Source: Phoronis australis (Eukaryota > Animalia > Phoronida). Taken from it: DNA of 64,000 nucleotides. The position numbers and the translations under genes were made by a program. Each line of letters begins with the position of its first letter. Positions within the stretch are counted from its first letter, which is position 1. Shown piece by piece: positions 52,701 to 64,000 of this stretch. Location: positions 210,361 to 274,360 of the forward strand of contig NMRA01000443.1 in NCBI GenBank assembly GCA_002633005.1. The letters are read 5' to 3'. The notes beneath the pieces were generated by a model. The model had not been told where the DNA came from. It made no database searches and was given only the letters and a program-made list of their open reading frames with translations.

Positions 52701-55700
52701 CAGTTTTCCCTAACACTAAATAGCACATCGATGCAGGTTACACAGAATTGTAGCATTTTAATCACAGACCTCCGAGTGATTAGCCAGTCTCTAGTTGCTT
52801 TTCCATTGACGGAACCAGTCTCCGGAAATTTTGATCAGTGAGTAGGTGTACCTACGACTTAAACAGCCATCTCAACTCCTCAAAATAGGTGGGTTTAAAC
52901 AAACATGGAGTTATACAACTCCCAAGCATTGATCCAGAATTTCAAAAACAGGGTTCCATAATGGGTTTCCTAATACCAGGGTCACGGTAGCCACTCACCA
53001 GCTCGCCATTGGCGGCACTGGCGATGGCAGACCTAAGTCTATTTACCAACTTGGCAAATGCAGACCTAAGTCCGTTCGCCAACTTGGCAAATGCTTTCGC
53101 AAATTGACTATGAAAATGAATTTCGGGATACCTACTTGAGTGTCAAATCATAGTCAGCTCGAACTAAGTCGCGCTACAAACGACATTCTTACTTCGAGTC
53201 CTAAAAATAGCAAGCGAATGTTCCATTTTATGTCCGTCACTCCTCCTGAAATCACTCTTTTACCACAATGAAATGTTCAACTGTGCAAGGGGGTCATCGG
53301 TCTTGGTAATGGGCGCTTTCTCCCTTCATAGCTTGTCATCGGCAAGTGACAATGTCAACTACGACTAGAAAACTATTTCAGCGCCAAACGTGACCAAGTC
53401 TCTCACTAACTTTTTACACTGGTGACGTGGTGCGAGCTATTACCCAGGAGATAAAACCGGACTGAGTTGAGCTGTCTCAAACATGCAATTTGAACTCAAG
53501 GTATAAAATCATTATTTTCAAATTACGCGATACCTCCTAATTCATTACTAACTTCACCAATTTTCAGCGCATAATCTGTTGTGTCAAATATTGTTCGAGA
53601 CTTGACATTGACAAGTTTTCTTTTCAAGAAATAAATGGTGTGGGTGACGACGGGAAGAACCAGTGTGTTATGTACTTTTAAATCGAAATACGTCACATGT
53701 CAATCCTAGTCAGCTCGCTAAATGTTGCCAGCGTGACAAGTTATTGAGAGACTGGAACATGTTTGAATTTTGGAGGCAGCCGAAAGAATGCAAGGTATAC
53801 AGTAAATGTACATTCGTTACTTAATAATAATAATAATAATAATAATAACTTTATTTATAGAGGATAAAAAACATGTTAAGAGTAAAACTTATCTACCACA
53901 TGGTCCTCTGAGTTTTATATTACACGATGCACGATTTAGCTTTATTTTGCTAGTCACAAGTTATATTTAATTTTTGTGGGGCGCAAACGTCTTGCTCATC
54001 AAAATGTACACGTAGCCAGCATACCCTGCCGTAACCCGGGGATAGGGAGAATCCGTATCCCATTTTTGTTAGATCACATCAATGGAATGCCCATGTGGCC
54101 AGTGTACCCATGTTGTAACCCAGGGATAGGGAAGAATCCCTACCAATTTTTTTAAGGTCAACATCATTTAAATGCCTACGTGCTCAGAGTACCCATGCAG
54201 TAACTCAGGTATAGGGGAACCTCTGCCCTAACTTGTTAGGTCATAATAAAACCCATGTTGGCTGACATCCCCTCCAAATTATTAGGTTGCTACATGACCT
54301 TGGAATGTTGATCATTTGTGTTTTTCTGAAGGCAAACGTATTATCATATAGTGCATTATGAAAAGGATATGTGCATAACATGAAAAATAAAAAGTTTGGT
54401 CCGTGTAACTATACTTTTATCAATTGCGGGGGTTAGGAAAAGAGATAGTATTTGACTAATTATTTTTGAAAATAACTGAAAGTTTTCAGATGCTTCCGCC
54501 ATTTTGGCTAAAGCCCTTAAAAGTCTAGTGCGAGCCTAGTAATAGCTCAGGGCGTCCATAACCAATAGCACATGACCAGAAGTTTTATAGGCCTTTCATA
54601 CTAATGTTGACACATCGATATTACGAGGAGTTGCGGTCAGTATGAATGGTTAACTTCAGCGCCAGTTAACTTTGCAGCAAACAGATTGATTTAACAGCGG
54701 AGCGTCAACTTCAGTCCTATCCAAATTACTGCCAGATGCCACTCTTAACGTCAACAATGTGTCGTCACTAATAGTTGCTTGTATTTTGATCAAATCATCA
54801 CCAATCGAACTAAAAATAAGTTTTAGGTCAATTAGCACATGTAAATGTTCCTAAATTGTCACATTAAAAAAACCTTAGTGAGCAGCGCTACTTTGCGATA
54901 ACTTCTGATGTGCATTTTAATAAGGAACAGCAGTGACACCTGTTGCCAAAATGTAAACCAGACATCAACTGTGCATTTTTTGTAAAAAACACACTGTGTG
55001 GGCGGGGGGGGGTTACTGGTGAATGGGGGTGGGGGTAAAGCTTCGTTGGAATCATGGACGCCCTGGAATACTGGGAACCCCATTTTGGACACCCTATTTT
55101 CAAAATCCTGGACAAAGCCCTGGCCACAATTGGCATCATGGTAGAACTAGCGGAAATCACTCAAATCACCCTGGGTAAAGTGACCGAATTAAAAAAATGC
55201 AATACTCCCCAGGTAAAAACTGACAATGGAGGCTTAAAAACATGCGTAATAGAAATAACTGATCATATGTTTCAACTCCCAGACCCACTTAGTATTTGGA
55301 AGATGTTTTTCCACCGATTCAACAATACATTGTTCTCTATTCTCAAGGTTATGTGTAGTTGATAACATCTTAATATAAAATTGGTTTCTTTTTGATGTTT
55401 TTGAGTACGCGTATTTAAAATCCAGTGAAGTTAGAAACTCTGCTTCAACAAACTTATATCCTGATACATGCTGCTTTGCCATTCAGAAAAAGCATAGGAG
55501 TGAGATGCAAAAAAAAAACAGCAAGGAGTGTAGTATGATAGGAAAGTTCACTTGTGAGTTTGCTGTTATCGCTACTAATAACGCCGCCAAGTGGTGAATA
55601 AGCAACGGACATGTAGGAAGCGCTAGAATAATGGGGAATGGCGCATTTGCACTGCAATAAATTGCACAAACTCATCCACAAAAACACCAGAACTGTCATT

Positions 55701-57745
55701 TTTTATGTTTCCTAAGGATACGGGAAGGTAAGAATTATTTGTTATTTAATGATATGATACGCAGTGTGTCATTTTGTGTGTTCTATTCACGGTTGAAAGA
55801 CAAGCCGATCGCAGTCCCGGTGTCGCTATCTTCCGCAGTGTAGGATAGTGCCTTCTGCAGATACTTTGTTGTCAATGTACGTCTATTAAAATTATATGTG
55901 AGGGAGCATCAGAATGGAATACAGTGTTGTGGTAGAGATGAATTGGCTTGCTTTTTTATTCTTACTTGTGTTACACCTACTGCACAAACTAATGGTCTAC
56001 ACTCTGGTAGGAGCTTGGCGTATTTAATAGGGGACACATTCAAAATTGTTGGACATGAAACGAGCAGTGAGGTGGGAGTATTTTGTAATGAAAAATTGGA
56101 AAACACCTAGTCATTACAAGCAAATGCTTGGGGTCATGCTGAAAACGAGGGCTAAATCTTATCACCACCTCAGGACATGTTGTCACTGGTCAGGGGAACA
56201 ACGAAAATTTGTGACAGGAGACATTAAGAAACAGTTCAATGGTATCAACTTTATCATATGGTGCTTCTTTCTAAAATATTCAACTTTGAAGTTTGCATTT
56301 TGCTGTCACCAGTGAGGCATTATGCAGACATCATCAACACCAAGGGGGACACCTAGAGGCGAGGTTTTTAATGAAAAGTGTAAAGAAGCGGACTATGCAG
56401 TTGCACTTTCAGTAAATTCATCCCTAAATATGAGGCATGATTAATACCTATATCAGTTTATAAGGACAATTTTAGCTAACATTTGGCAAAACCTAATACC
56501 TATTTTCATTGAATTTCCAAAAATGTTCATCAGACTGATCAATATCAATTATGAAAAGGGTTATCTGAACACAGCAAGGTATATCATTCACCAGTGCCAC
56601 TTTCACCAGTCATGGATGACTGGCTTCAACAAAATGACCTTGTATGCAGATTTCCACTAGGGGTTAAAGATATGCCGCAAGAACCCAGTTGTAGATGCAG
56701 GGAGGCTTGAAACCAATTTACCTTTTACTTGATAAAATAAAGAAAACAATGACTAAGGAAACACTTAGTTGTGATTAGGCACAAATACACCAGCGAAACT
56801 GAGATTGTCTCTCTTACAGTGCCCTGTCATCAACCTACAATCATGCAGCTCCGCTCACCAAAATAAGTTGTGACATCGCCGTAAGAAAAGACGACTGTCA
56901 ATAGACGTTTTTAACATGTGGCCACATAAATTGAACTGGTGTTATTGTGGGTTGGATTAAACTAAATTGCAAGTGTGAAGGATTAATGAACATCAAAAAG
57001 GACAAAATTTTATTGGAAAGTAAGTCCGAATTTTGGCTTTTTTGATGTTTTTAGTATATTTTCACTCAAAATTTATCAACAGCTGATAACTATCTGTTGA
57101 CAAGTTACCCATGACGATTACAACGTGGCGATACATTCTAATCCATCCTGAACAATGCAAGATTTTCTAGAAATTATGCTTTAAGGCACTCAATGTCTCG
57201 ACTTTGGAGTAATATTTCAAAATCACGCGAAAATTCCCCCTCATCAGGCCGAAAAATTCCCCTAAATTGACCATTGCAGGCAAAGTTAGAATCATAAATT
57301 CCCTCTAGGTCAGAATCACTTGTAAATCACATGGGCGACAGTCGCTAAGAGCACAAAATGTTTGTTTTGTAAGGCTAAGATAAAGCTGATGATGGGAGGT
57401 GACTGGAAGAACAGTACAGGATTCCGTCAATGAAATTACAATGAATATGCTTCAGGTCAAGTACAATATACAGATGGTACATGGGAGGTCACCAGTCTGC
57501 CACCCATGTTGAGAGGATACAGCGCAGAGGGGGATCTGTTTAGAGGACCACAAGCCTTGCCGCAAAAGGCAGGCAACTAGCTAATTCACAAAAATTTCAG
57601 CCCTGGTCCCTTTTGATATGGTCCCTAATTTTGAGACCATTTTCATCCACTGAATAAAATGCCTTACACAGCGATTGGCTGGTTCTCAAAATTAGTGACC
57701 AAAACTTACGCCAACAAGCAGGCCAAGGCAGGGCAGGTTCTATTT

Positions 57746-58486
57746 TAGGCATAACATCACCCTGGATCAACTGGATGCCACAGGCATACAGGGGCGATAG
57801 TATATACCCACAAGAAGTTACGAATTTCAAAATACAACAAATAAAATCAAATCGAACAAGCATATATGCACATTTAGTTATAATTAACACATACCATAAG
57901 TCTGGAGACGATTCAGTCAAGATAATTTGAACAAATTGTTGAAAATCTGTCGCGGATGGCTTGAGTTTCTGTCACCGGGTGCCGTTTTGAGGAAGTTAAG
58001 TGAAAACACGCATGTTGACATATAAAAAGTCCAAGGCACACAGATCTTACAAATTTCACCTGATACCTTCCAATGCTATTTTGCAAGTGTCACGCACCAG
58101 CGTCACACACTTCGTACAGTCTCAAGCCAGCCTTTGCCTAACTCACGTGAATCAATTGAAATACTTTCTGGTTATCACGTGCGTGGTGAAAAAGTTAACG
58201 ATGTCCTAAAAGTGGAGTAGGAATTCTTCGCCAAATTTACCTTAATTGTCATAGTTATACTTCATCGAAGACATGTGCAGAAATAGAAACGACCACTGAA
58301 GAAAGTAAGTGTTTTTTAAGTCATATTTTTTAAATGTAGAATGTATTTTTGACGAGGTGAAAACTCACATTAAGTGAACAGATTTGGCCTGCCACCCGTT
58401 TAAAATATACAGGACGAAATTCATACAGAAAGCGATTGGAAGTATTGTAGTCCCTAATCGGCCAACCGAGGGGCTAGTGTTGCCTA
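57746..58486 (+). mobile_element. Non-autonomous TIR element of about 0.74 kb, copy A
   Basis: Ends taggca.../...gttgccta; flanks gttctattt / attctattt are TSD-like; interior homologous to copies B and C. Confidence 0.7.
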
Positions 58487-58830
58487 ATTCTATTTCATCA
58501 AATCTTGTTGGGTACATTTGAGTTGGAATCAGTGAGGAGAAACTCCAACACGGTTTAACTTATCTACAGACCATTTTTACTTAAGTATAAACTTTTGTGT
58601 CACGGGAAACGAGGGATAGACCGTATCATGTGCCTGCACATATGGAACCAGAAGTACAGAAATGAAAACTGAAGCTGAACCCGAGTCGGAGCTCGGTGAA
58701 GACGAGACGAATTTCAAGGAATTGCCGTCCAAATGGCAGCAATTTCGGGCAACTAGGAAACACAACCAAATAATCAATGGAAACATATTACAGAACAGTG
58801 TCAAATAATTAACAACATACCAATTTTTAC

Positions 58831-59400
58831 CTCAGAAACACCCTTGTTTTAATAACTGAAGTGGTAAAATTCGGAGGAAATCGCACCTTGCATTGTCCGA
58901 GACAAATGGGTTTTTATTTAGGTGACCTGCACTTCGTGACGTCACTTCTGGTTCAAATTTTTACTATTTTTTACAAAAGCAATGTAACATGGGAACAATT
59001 GTAACCGTTAATACGCTTTAAGCCAATTTTTCGCAGATAATCTGCAGACAAAAGGTTAATTTTCAGAAAAAGTAAAATCATATTCACCTCTCAGTAACTA
59101 ATCGAGAGATTGCGAGAAGTGAAGAATTCCTGTTTCAAAATGAGAGCGGTGCCTACTTGGGTTGATAAAGTACACGACAGAGACAAAGTTGAACAATGGT
59201 AAACTAATTGTTTGTTGAAATAAGTAAATGGAAACTTCAAGAATAGTTTTATAAAATAAAAATATCTGTGCATGTCTCATTGTATTAATTCAAATGGACG
59301 CTTCATTACATCGTCTGCAAAATGCACCGGAAAATATTTGACAGGAAATTCCCTGCAGATAGTACGAGCGTGCTTAGCAACGACTGTCAGTTTTAGTGAA
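58831..59400 (-). promoter_or_regulatory. Candidate RAD54L2 promoter and non-coding first exon
   Basis: TGACGTCA at 58937-58944 next to an ETS-like cttctgg; minus-strand donor GAG|gtaaaa at 58830; RFX-like cttagcaac near 59373. Confidence 0.35.
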
Positions 59401-59457
59401 ATTGTTGAATGTGTGAATATGCATGACCAGAGTAACATATAATGTTGTTAAATTACT

Positions 59458-59963
59458 AACTTTGTCTTGTGTGATGCGTATGTACATGTGTGAATGCCGC
59501 TAGACAGTGATCACCGTCTCTACTCATCTACTCTAGCTGGCCCAGTATACTGGGGAGCCCAATGTTCGTCCGCCTAAGCATAAAACCGACTTGCTGTTGT
59601 ACTCACCGAATTATTCCACTTCAAAGTTATGATCTGAATAGGATTCGATTTAACTCTCACAGTTTTCTTTAATTTGTGCCGAGTTATTTCAAATGTGCAC
59701 TGCCTTCGGCAGCCATTTTATTCTGAAACCTAAGTTCGTCATATGCTGCCCCCTTTTGTAAAAACTGAGAAACATGCAGAAAAAGGCCAACGAAGTAATG
59801 AAAATTGCAACAGCCTGTTTTTATTGACATAAACTCGATTTGAAGCTTTGATGTTGAGCTCTGCACTGTGGTNAACTTTGTCTTGTGTGATGCGTATGTA
59901 CATGTGTGAATGCCGCTAGACAGTGATCACCGTCTCTACTCATCTACTCTAGCTGGCCCAGTA
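59458..59963. other. Duplicated 90-bp segment (59458-59547 and 59874-59963) around the N at 59873
   Basis: Identical copies; the second begins immediately after the N. Confidence 0.8.
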
Positions 59964-59973
59964 CTCTCAGTAG

Positions 59974-60678
59974 TAGGCAACACATAGCACCTCAGTTGGC
60001 CAGTTAGGGCTATAATACTTCCCATCGCTTTCTTTACGCATTTCGTTCCATGTATTTTAAACGGGCGGTAGGCCAAATCCAGCCACCGCTTTCGAGTTTT
60101 CACGTCGTCAAAAATACATTCCATGTGCACTTAAAACTATTACTTAAAAAAGCGCTTACTTTCTTCATTGGTCCTTTCTACTTCTATACATATCTTCGAT
60201 GAAGCTTAGTTGTGAGAATTAAGGTGAGTTTTGCGAAGAATTCCAACTCCACTCTTTTTCACCACGCGTGCGATACCCACAAAGTATGTCAACGTGAGTC
60301 ACGGGAGTTAGGCAAAGGCTAGCGCGAGACTGATCGAAGCGTATGACGCTAGCGCGTGAAACTTGGAAAAATACCATGAGAAAGCATCAGGTGAAATTTG
60401 TAAGATTTGTGTCTCTTGGACTTTTTATTCGTCAACATGTGTGATTTCACATAACTTCCTCAAAATGGCACCCGGTAAGAGAAACTCAAGCAAACCGCGA
60501 CAGATTTTCATCTTGACTGAATGGTTTCCAGACTTATAGTACGAGTTGTTTATAACACCATGTGCATATATGCAAGTTTCATTTGATTTTATTTCCTGTA
60601 TTTTGAAATGCATTACTTTTTGTGGGATGTACTATTGCCCCTGTATGGTTGTGGCATCCAGGGCAATGTAGTTGCCTA
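59974..60678 (-). mobile_element. Same TIR element, copy B (inverted)
   Basis: taggcaac...gttgccta ends; flanks tctcagtag / gcccagtag; reverse complement of copy A. Confidence 0.7.
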
Positions 60679-60683
60679 GCCCA

Positions 60684-60897
60684 GTAGAGGAGCTTCGTAC
60701 GCCGGAACTTGCGGAAGCTTTTTGGCGAATTATGCCTCACACTGACTAAAACATGAAAGTCACGTTGTTATAAATAACTTTTGCGCAGAGAAGGACACCG
60801 TAGGAGGCCGTTGATGTATTTAATTCCTTCCAACTCGAAGAAATACTCCCGATATCAAACTTTTTCTTCAAGCAGTCCCTCGTTCAGTTCCCAAAAT
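60684..60897 (-). repeat. Dispersed repeat, inverted homolog of 11-222
   Basis: Alignment by eye to the window start. Confidence 0.7.
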
Positions 60898-62465
60898 GGG
60901 TACATGTGGAGAATTTCTCGCTTACACTGGTAACCCCTCTGATTCCCTAACCCCCAGCCAACTTTTTTGATGCTTATTCAGTACGCCCTTTGCATTGATG
61001 TAGATCTGAGCTAATAAAGTGGAAAGGTAATAGCTAGCACTACATTCTTAACAATGGTTGTCATTATTACACCTAAATTGGTTTTCTCTGGCATTTGCAC
61101 AGAGTTAAAGCCTGCAATGTGGAGAGCAGTTTTAACTTGGTACATTTTAAATATTACAGAAAGACTAAAAAGTTAATTTGCGTTGTGTTGATTTTAAATA
61201 TGTTTCATACCTGTTTTCAATTAATACTCCTGTCCACTTGTTTTTTTTTGTCTTACTACTTAGGGTTGCTATTTTTTATTTTGTGTTTAAACGAAGTATC
61301 AAAACAACTTAGAAGTCAGTTAATTGTGAAGCCATCCCTGACTTTTCCAAATTACAGCTACACCAAACATGTCACAGAAAACAAAACTACGCGTGCCATT
61401 AGTTCAAGTTCAATCTTTATTAGAACCTAGGATCCAGTACTGGTTCCTAGTTAGAACTCAAATCATAAAATGTGTACAAAAGTGCAAATATTGTGATGAT
61501 GGTAAAAATTTCATAACAGCGAATGATCCCGACAAAGGTTCTGTGTCTAAAAGTAGGGGAATCGTGCGTTTCATTAGCTTTGGGCACCAAATCTTCAATT
61601 TTAAAAAGTCTGGGATGGGCGCTTATCCAAGAGGTGGGCGCTTAACTGGAAGTCTTCAAAAATCACAGAGGGGCGGTTAACCGAGCAGTGGGCGCTTAAT
61701 CCACCTAATGTTGGGGATGGGCGGTTGAGTGAACATGGGCATTAACCCGAACATTTACTGCAGTTCGGCATGCACTGGGTCATATGTTTTACAAGTAATT
61801 GACATCTAATTTAGTCCCGGTGTGTTGTTTATAGACGTTTCAATATAGCTTAGTTGTATATTAAAAGAATAATCTAGGTGATATTGTTACTATGATCAGC
61901 GTTAACTTTGTAAATCACCGAGTATCAATAAGCACAGTCGTTTATCTTACCCAATGTTTGCAGTTTTTCGCTTAATAGTTCATCAATTTTTAAAAATCGA
62001 TAACCAAACTTGGTTGTTTTTTCATCTGAATACAGTTGCGGTATTTGTTTTTAATGAAAACTGTTGGTTAATGCATTTTGGAAATTTGCCAGTATGTACA
62101 AGCAGAGGTGTTTACTACAGTTTGTGGTCGGGTAATTACACTTAGTTGGGTCTTGCTCGCACTGGACAATGCGGTCATCGCAACTGAGTCCGACTCTGGC
62201 GCCGCGCTCTCTTTGATCCCGGTAAAAGCTGCTTAGAAGGACGAGCGGTGAAAACTCACGCATCTCTTTAGCAATGCGTGACTTTCGTGTAAGCGTATTA
62301 TTCACGGCATGAACTTGCCATTTTTACACTGCGCACACCAGAGGATATGACGTCATACCACCTGCCACGCGTGGTGTTAAAAACAAAATTGAATGAAACA
62401 TCTATATGTCTTCATTGAGTTATAATTAACACATGCCATGACTTTGGATAGAATTTAGACAACAC

Positions 62466-63021
62466 AATTTGAACATATCCATGAAAATCTGTCGCGGTTC
62501 ACTAGAGTTTCTCTCAGTGGGTGCCATTTTAAGGAAGTTATGTGAATTCATGCCTGTTGACGAACAAAAAGTCCATGGGTTCAAATCTTTTACAAATTTC
62601 ACCTAATATCTCCTGTGTGCCAGCTATTTTGCAAGTGTCACGCGCCAGGTCACACAATTTGCTCAATCTGGCATTAGCCTTTGCCTTAACTCGCGGGACT
62701 CAATTGAAATATTTTGTGGTTATGGCGTGCGTGGTGAAAAAGATTAAAAATTCTTTGCCATAGTCACCTTAATTCTCATAGCATGCTTCATTGAAGATAT
62801 GTGTCGAAGCAGAAACGATCACTGAAGAAAATGAGCGCTTTTTTTAAGTGATAGTTTTTAAGTGTAGAATGTGCTTTTGACAAGGTGAAAACTCTTTAAT
62901 AATCGGTGAGTGGATTTCGCCTACTGCCCATTTGAAATACATGTAGGACGACATTAGTACAGAAAGCTATGGGAAGTACTGTAAACCCCAACCTGCCAAC
63001 AGAAGGGCTACGTGTTGCCTA
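62466..63021 (+). mobile_element. Same TIR element, copy C (left-truncated)
   Basis: gaaaatctgtcgcgg...gtgttgccta homologous to copy A. Confidence 0.65.
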
Positions 63022-64000
63022 ATATCAACGTATCTCATTGATTCCCATTCGACAATGTCATGGCATTGTGATTGAATGTCTGAATGAACTTATTAGTCTG
63101 ATAGGTGGATCCCACATTAAAAGTGATTTGAAAACTAGTTACTTGACTTCCACTGGCATTATTCAATGGGAGTTACAGCTGGTTTTCAAAATCAATTTTA
63201 AATCGAAAACACCTCGCCCAGGGCGCTAAGAAAATTCGTTCGGGAGGAGGGCGCTTATTATAGCCTAAGGCAGTTGAAACCCGATCTCCAAAACGGGTGA
63301 AATCGGAAGCTAGGATTCATCAGATTTACCCTCTGTGACATATCTGTAACCTATGACTTTCCACAAAATTGTGGCGCATTGCTATCAAACTTTGTTGTTA
63401 AATTACGATCCTTTTTCAGAAAACTCGCCAACTGATGCATCGCTATCTCGCAATCGTCGATAGGGCAACTTGAATTCTTGAATAAAAGTAGTTTCGACTC
63501 AACAAATTACCTGAAATCCTTAAGTTTTTCAAGTAGCATCCCTAAGATTTTTAAGGTCCTGTGGAATCAGAATTAACCGCAGATTAAGTCCAAATCTGTG
63601 CTAGATTGCACCCCGCAACACAAGAAAAATCTGAACGAACACACACATGATGTTGTCATGTGACATTTGTTTTGAAGTTCGTCAGCATGTGTGTGTGTGT
63701 GTGTGCCAAGTGAGCACAATTGGGTTCAGTGAAATCAGTTTGAGTGTACCCAAGATTGGTTGTTAATTGATCTTATAAATCCCTTGGGGAACCTGAAAAT
63801 GAATTCTTGGTTTTTCCATGACATGTTCATTTTGATGATAAAAGTTCATTTGAAATAATAACATGTTGCAAGCACGTGCGTGTCATTAGAGTTCATTTGC
63901 CAGTGAGTAGATAGCCTACATGTATGTAGGGCGCGCTTCCTGGTCACGTGCTTTTAACACTGGTCAAATTTTTTCACTAGTCTTCGATTAGCGGTTATCA

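Overview
Eukaryotic, AT-rich, intron-rich animal DNA (invertebrate-like; taxon not determinable here). It holds two convergent spliced genes that I assembled by hand with GT-AG junctions and consistent phases. (1) A + strand Rap1 small GTPase: coding exons 11926-11982, 17605-17730, 18817-18957 and 19266-19406, followed by two intact, homologous alternative last exons (22851-22937, ending KKKKGCHLL; 25015-25110, ending SSCCKCQLL). (2) A - strand SNF2-family helicase RAD54L2/ARIP4: 21 coding exons, 49792 to 28578, about 1422 aa. The standout observation is the duplicated Rap1 terminal exon. It predicts a KRAS4A/4B-like switch between a polybasic and a palmitoylatable membrane anchor, and a degenerate fold-back lies just upstream of the proximal exon. 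Introns carry many minisatellites (two amplify the exon/5' splice-site junction itself), a Harbinger-derived non-autonomous element and other DNA-transposon-like repeats. Two N-gaps are flanked by duplicated sequence that looks like both alleles of heterozygous insertions. Most ORFs in the supplied track are spurious.
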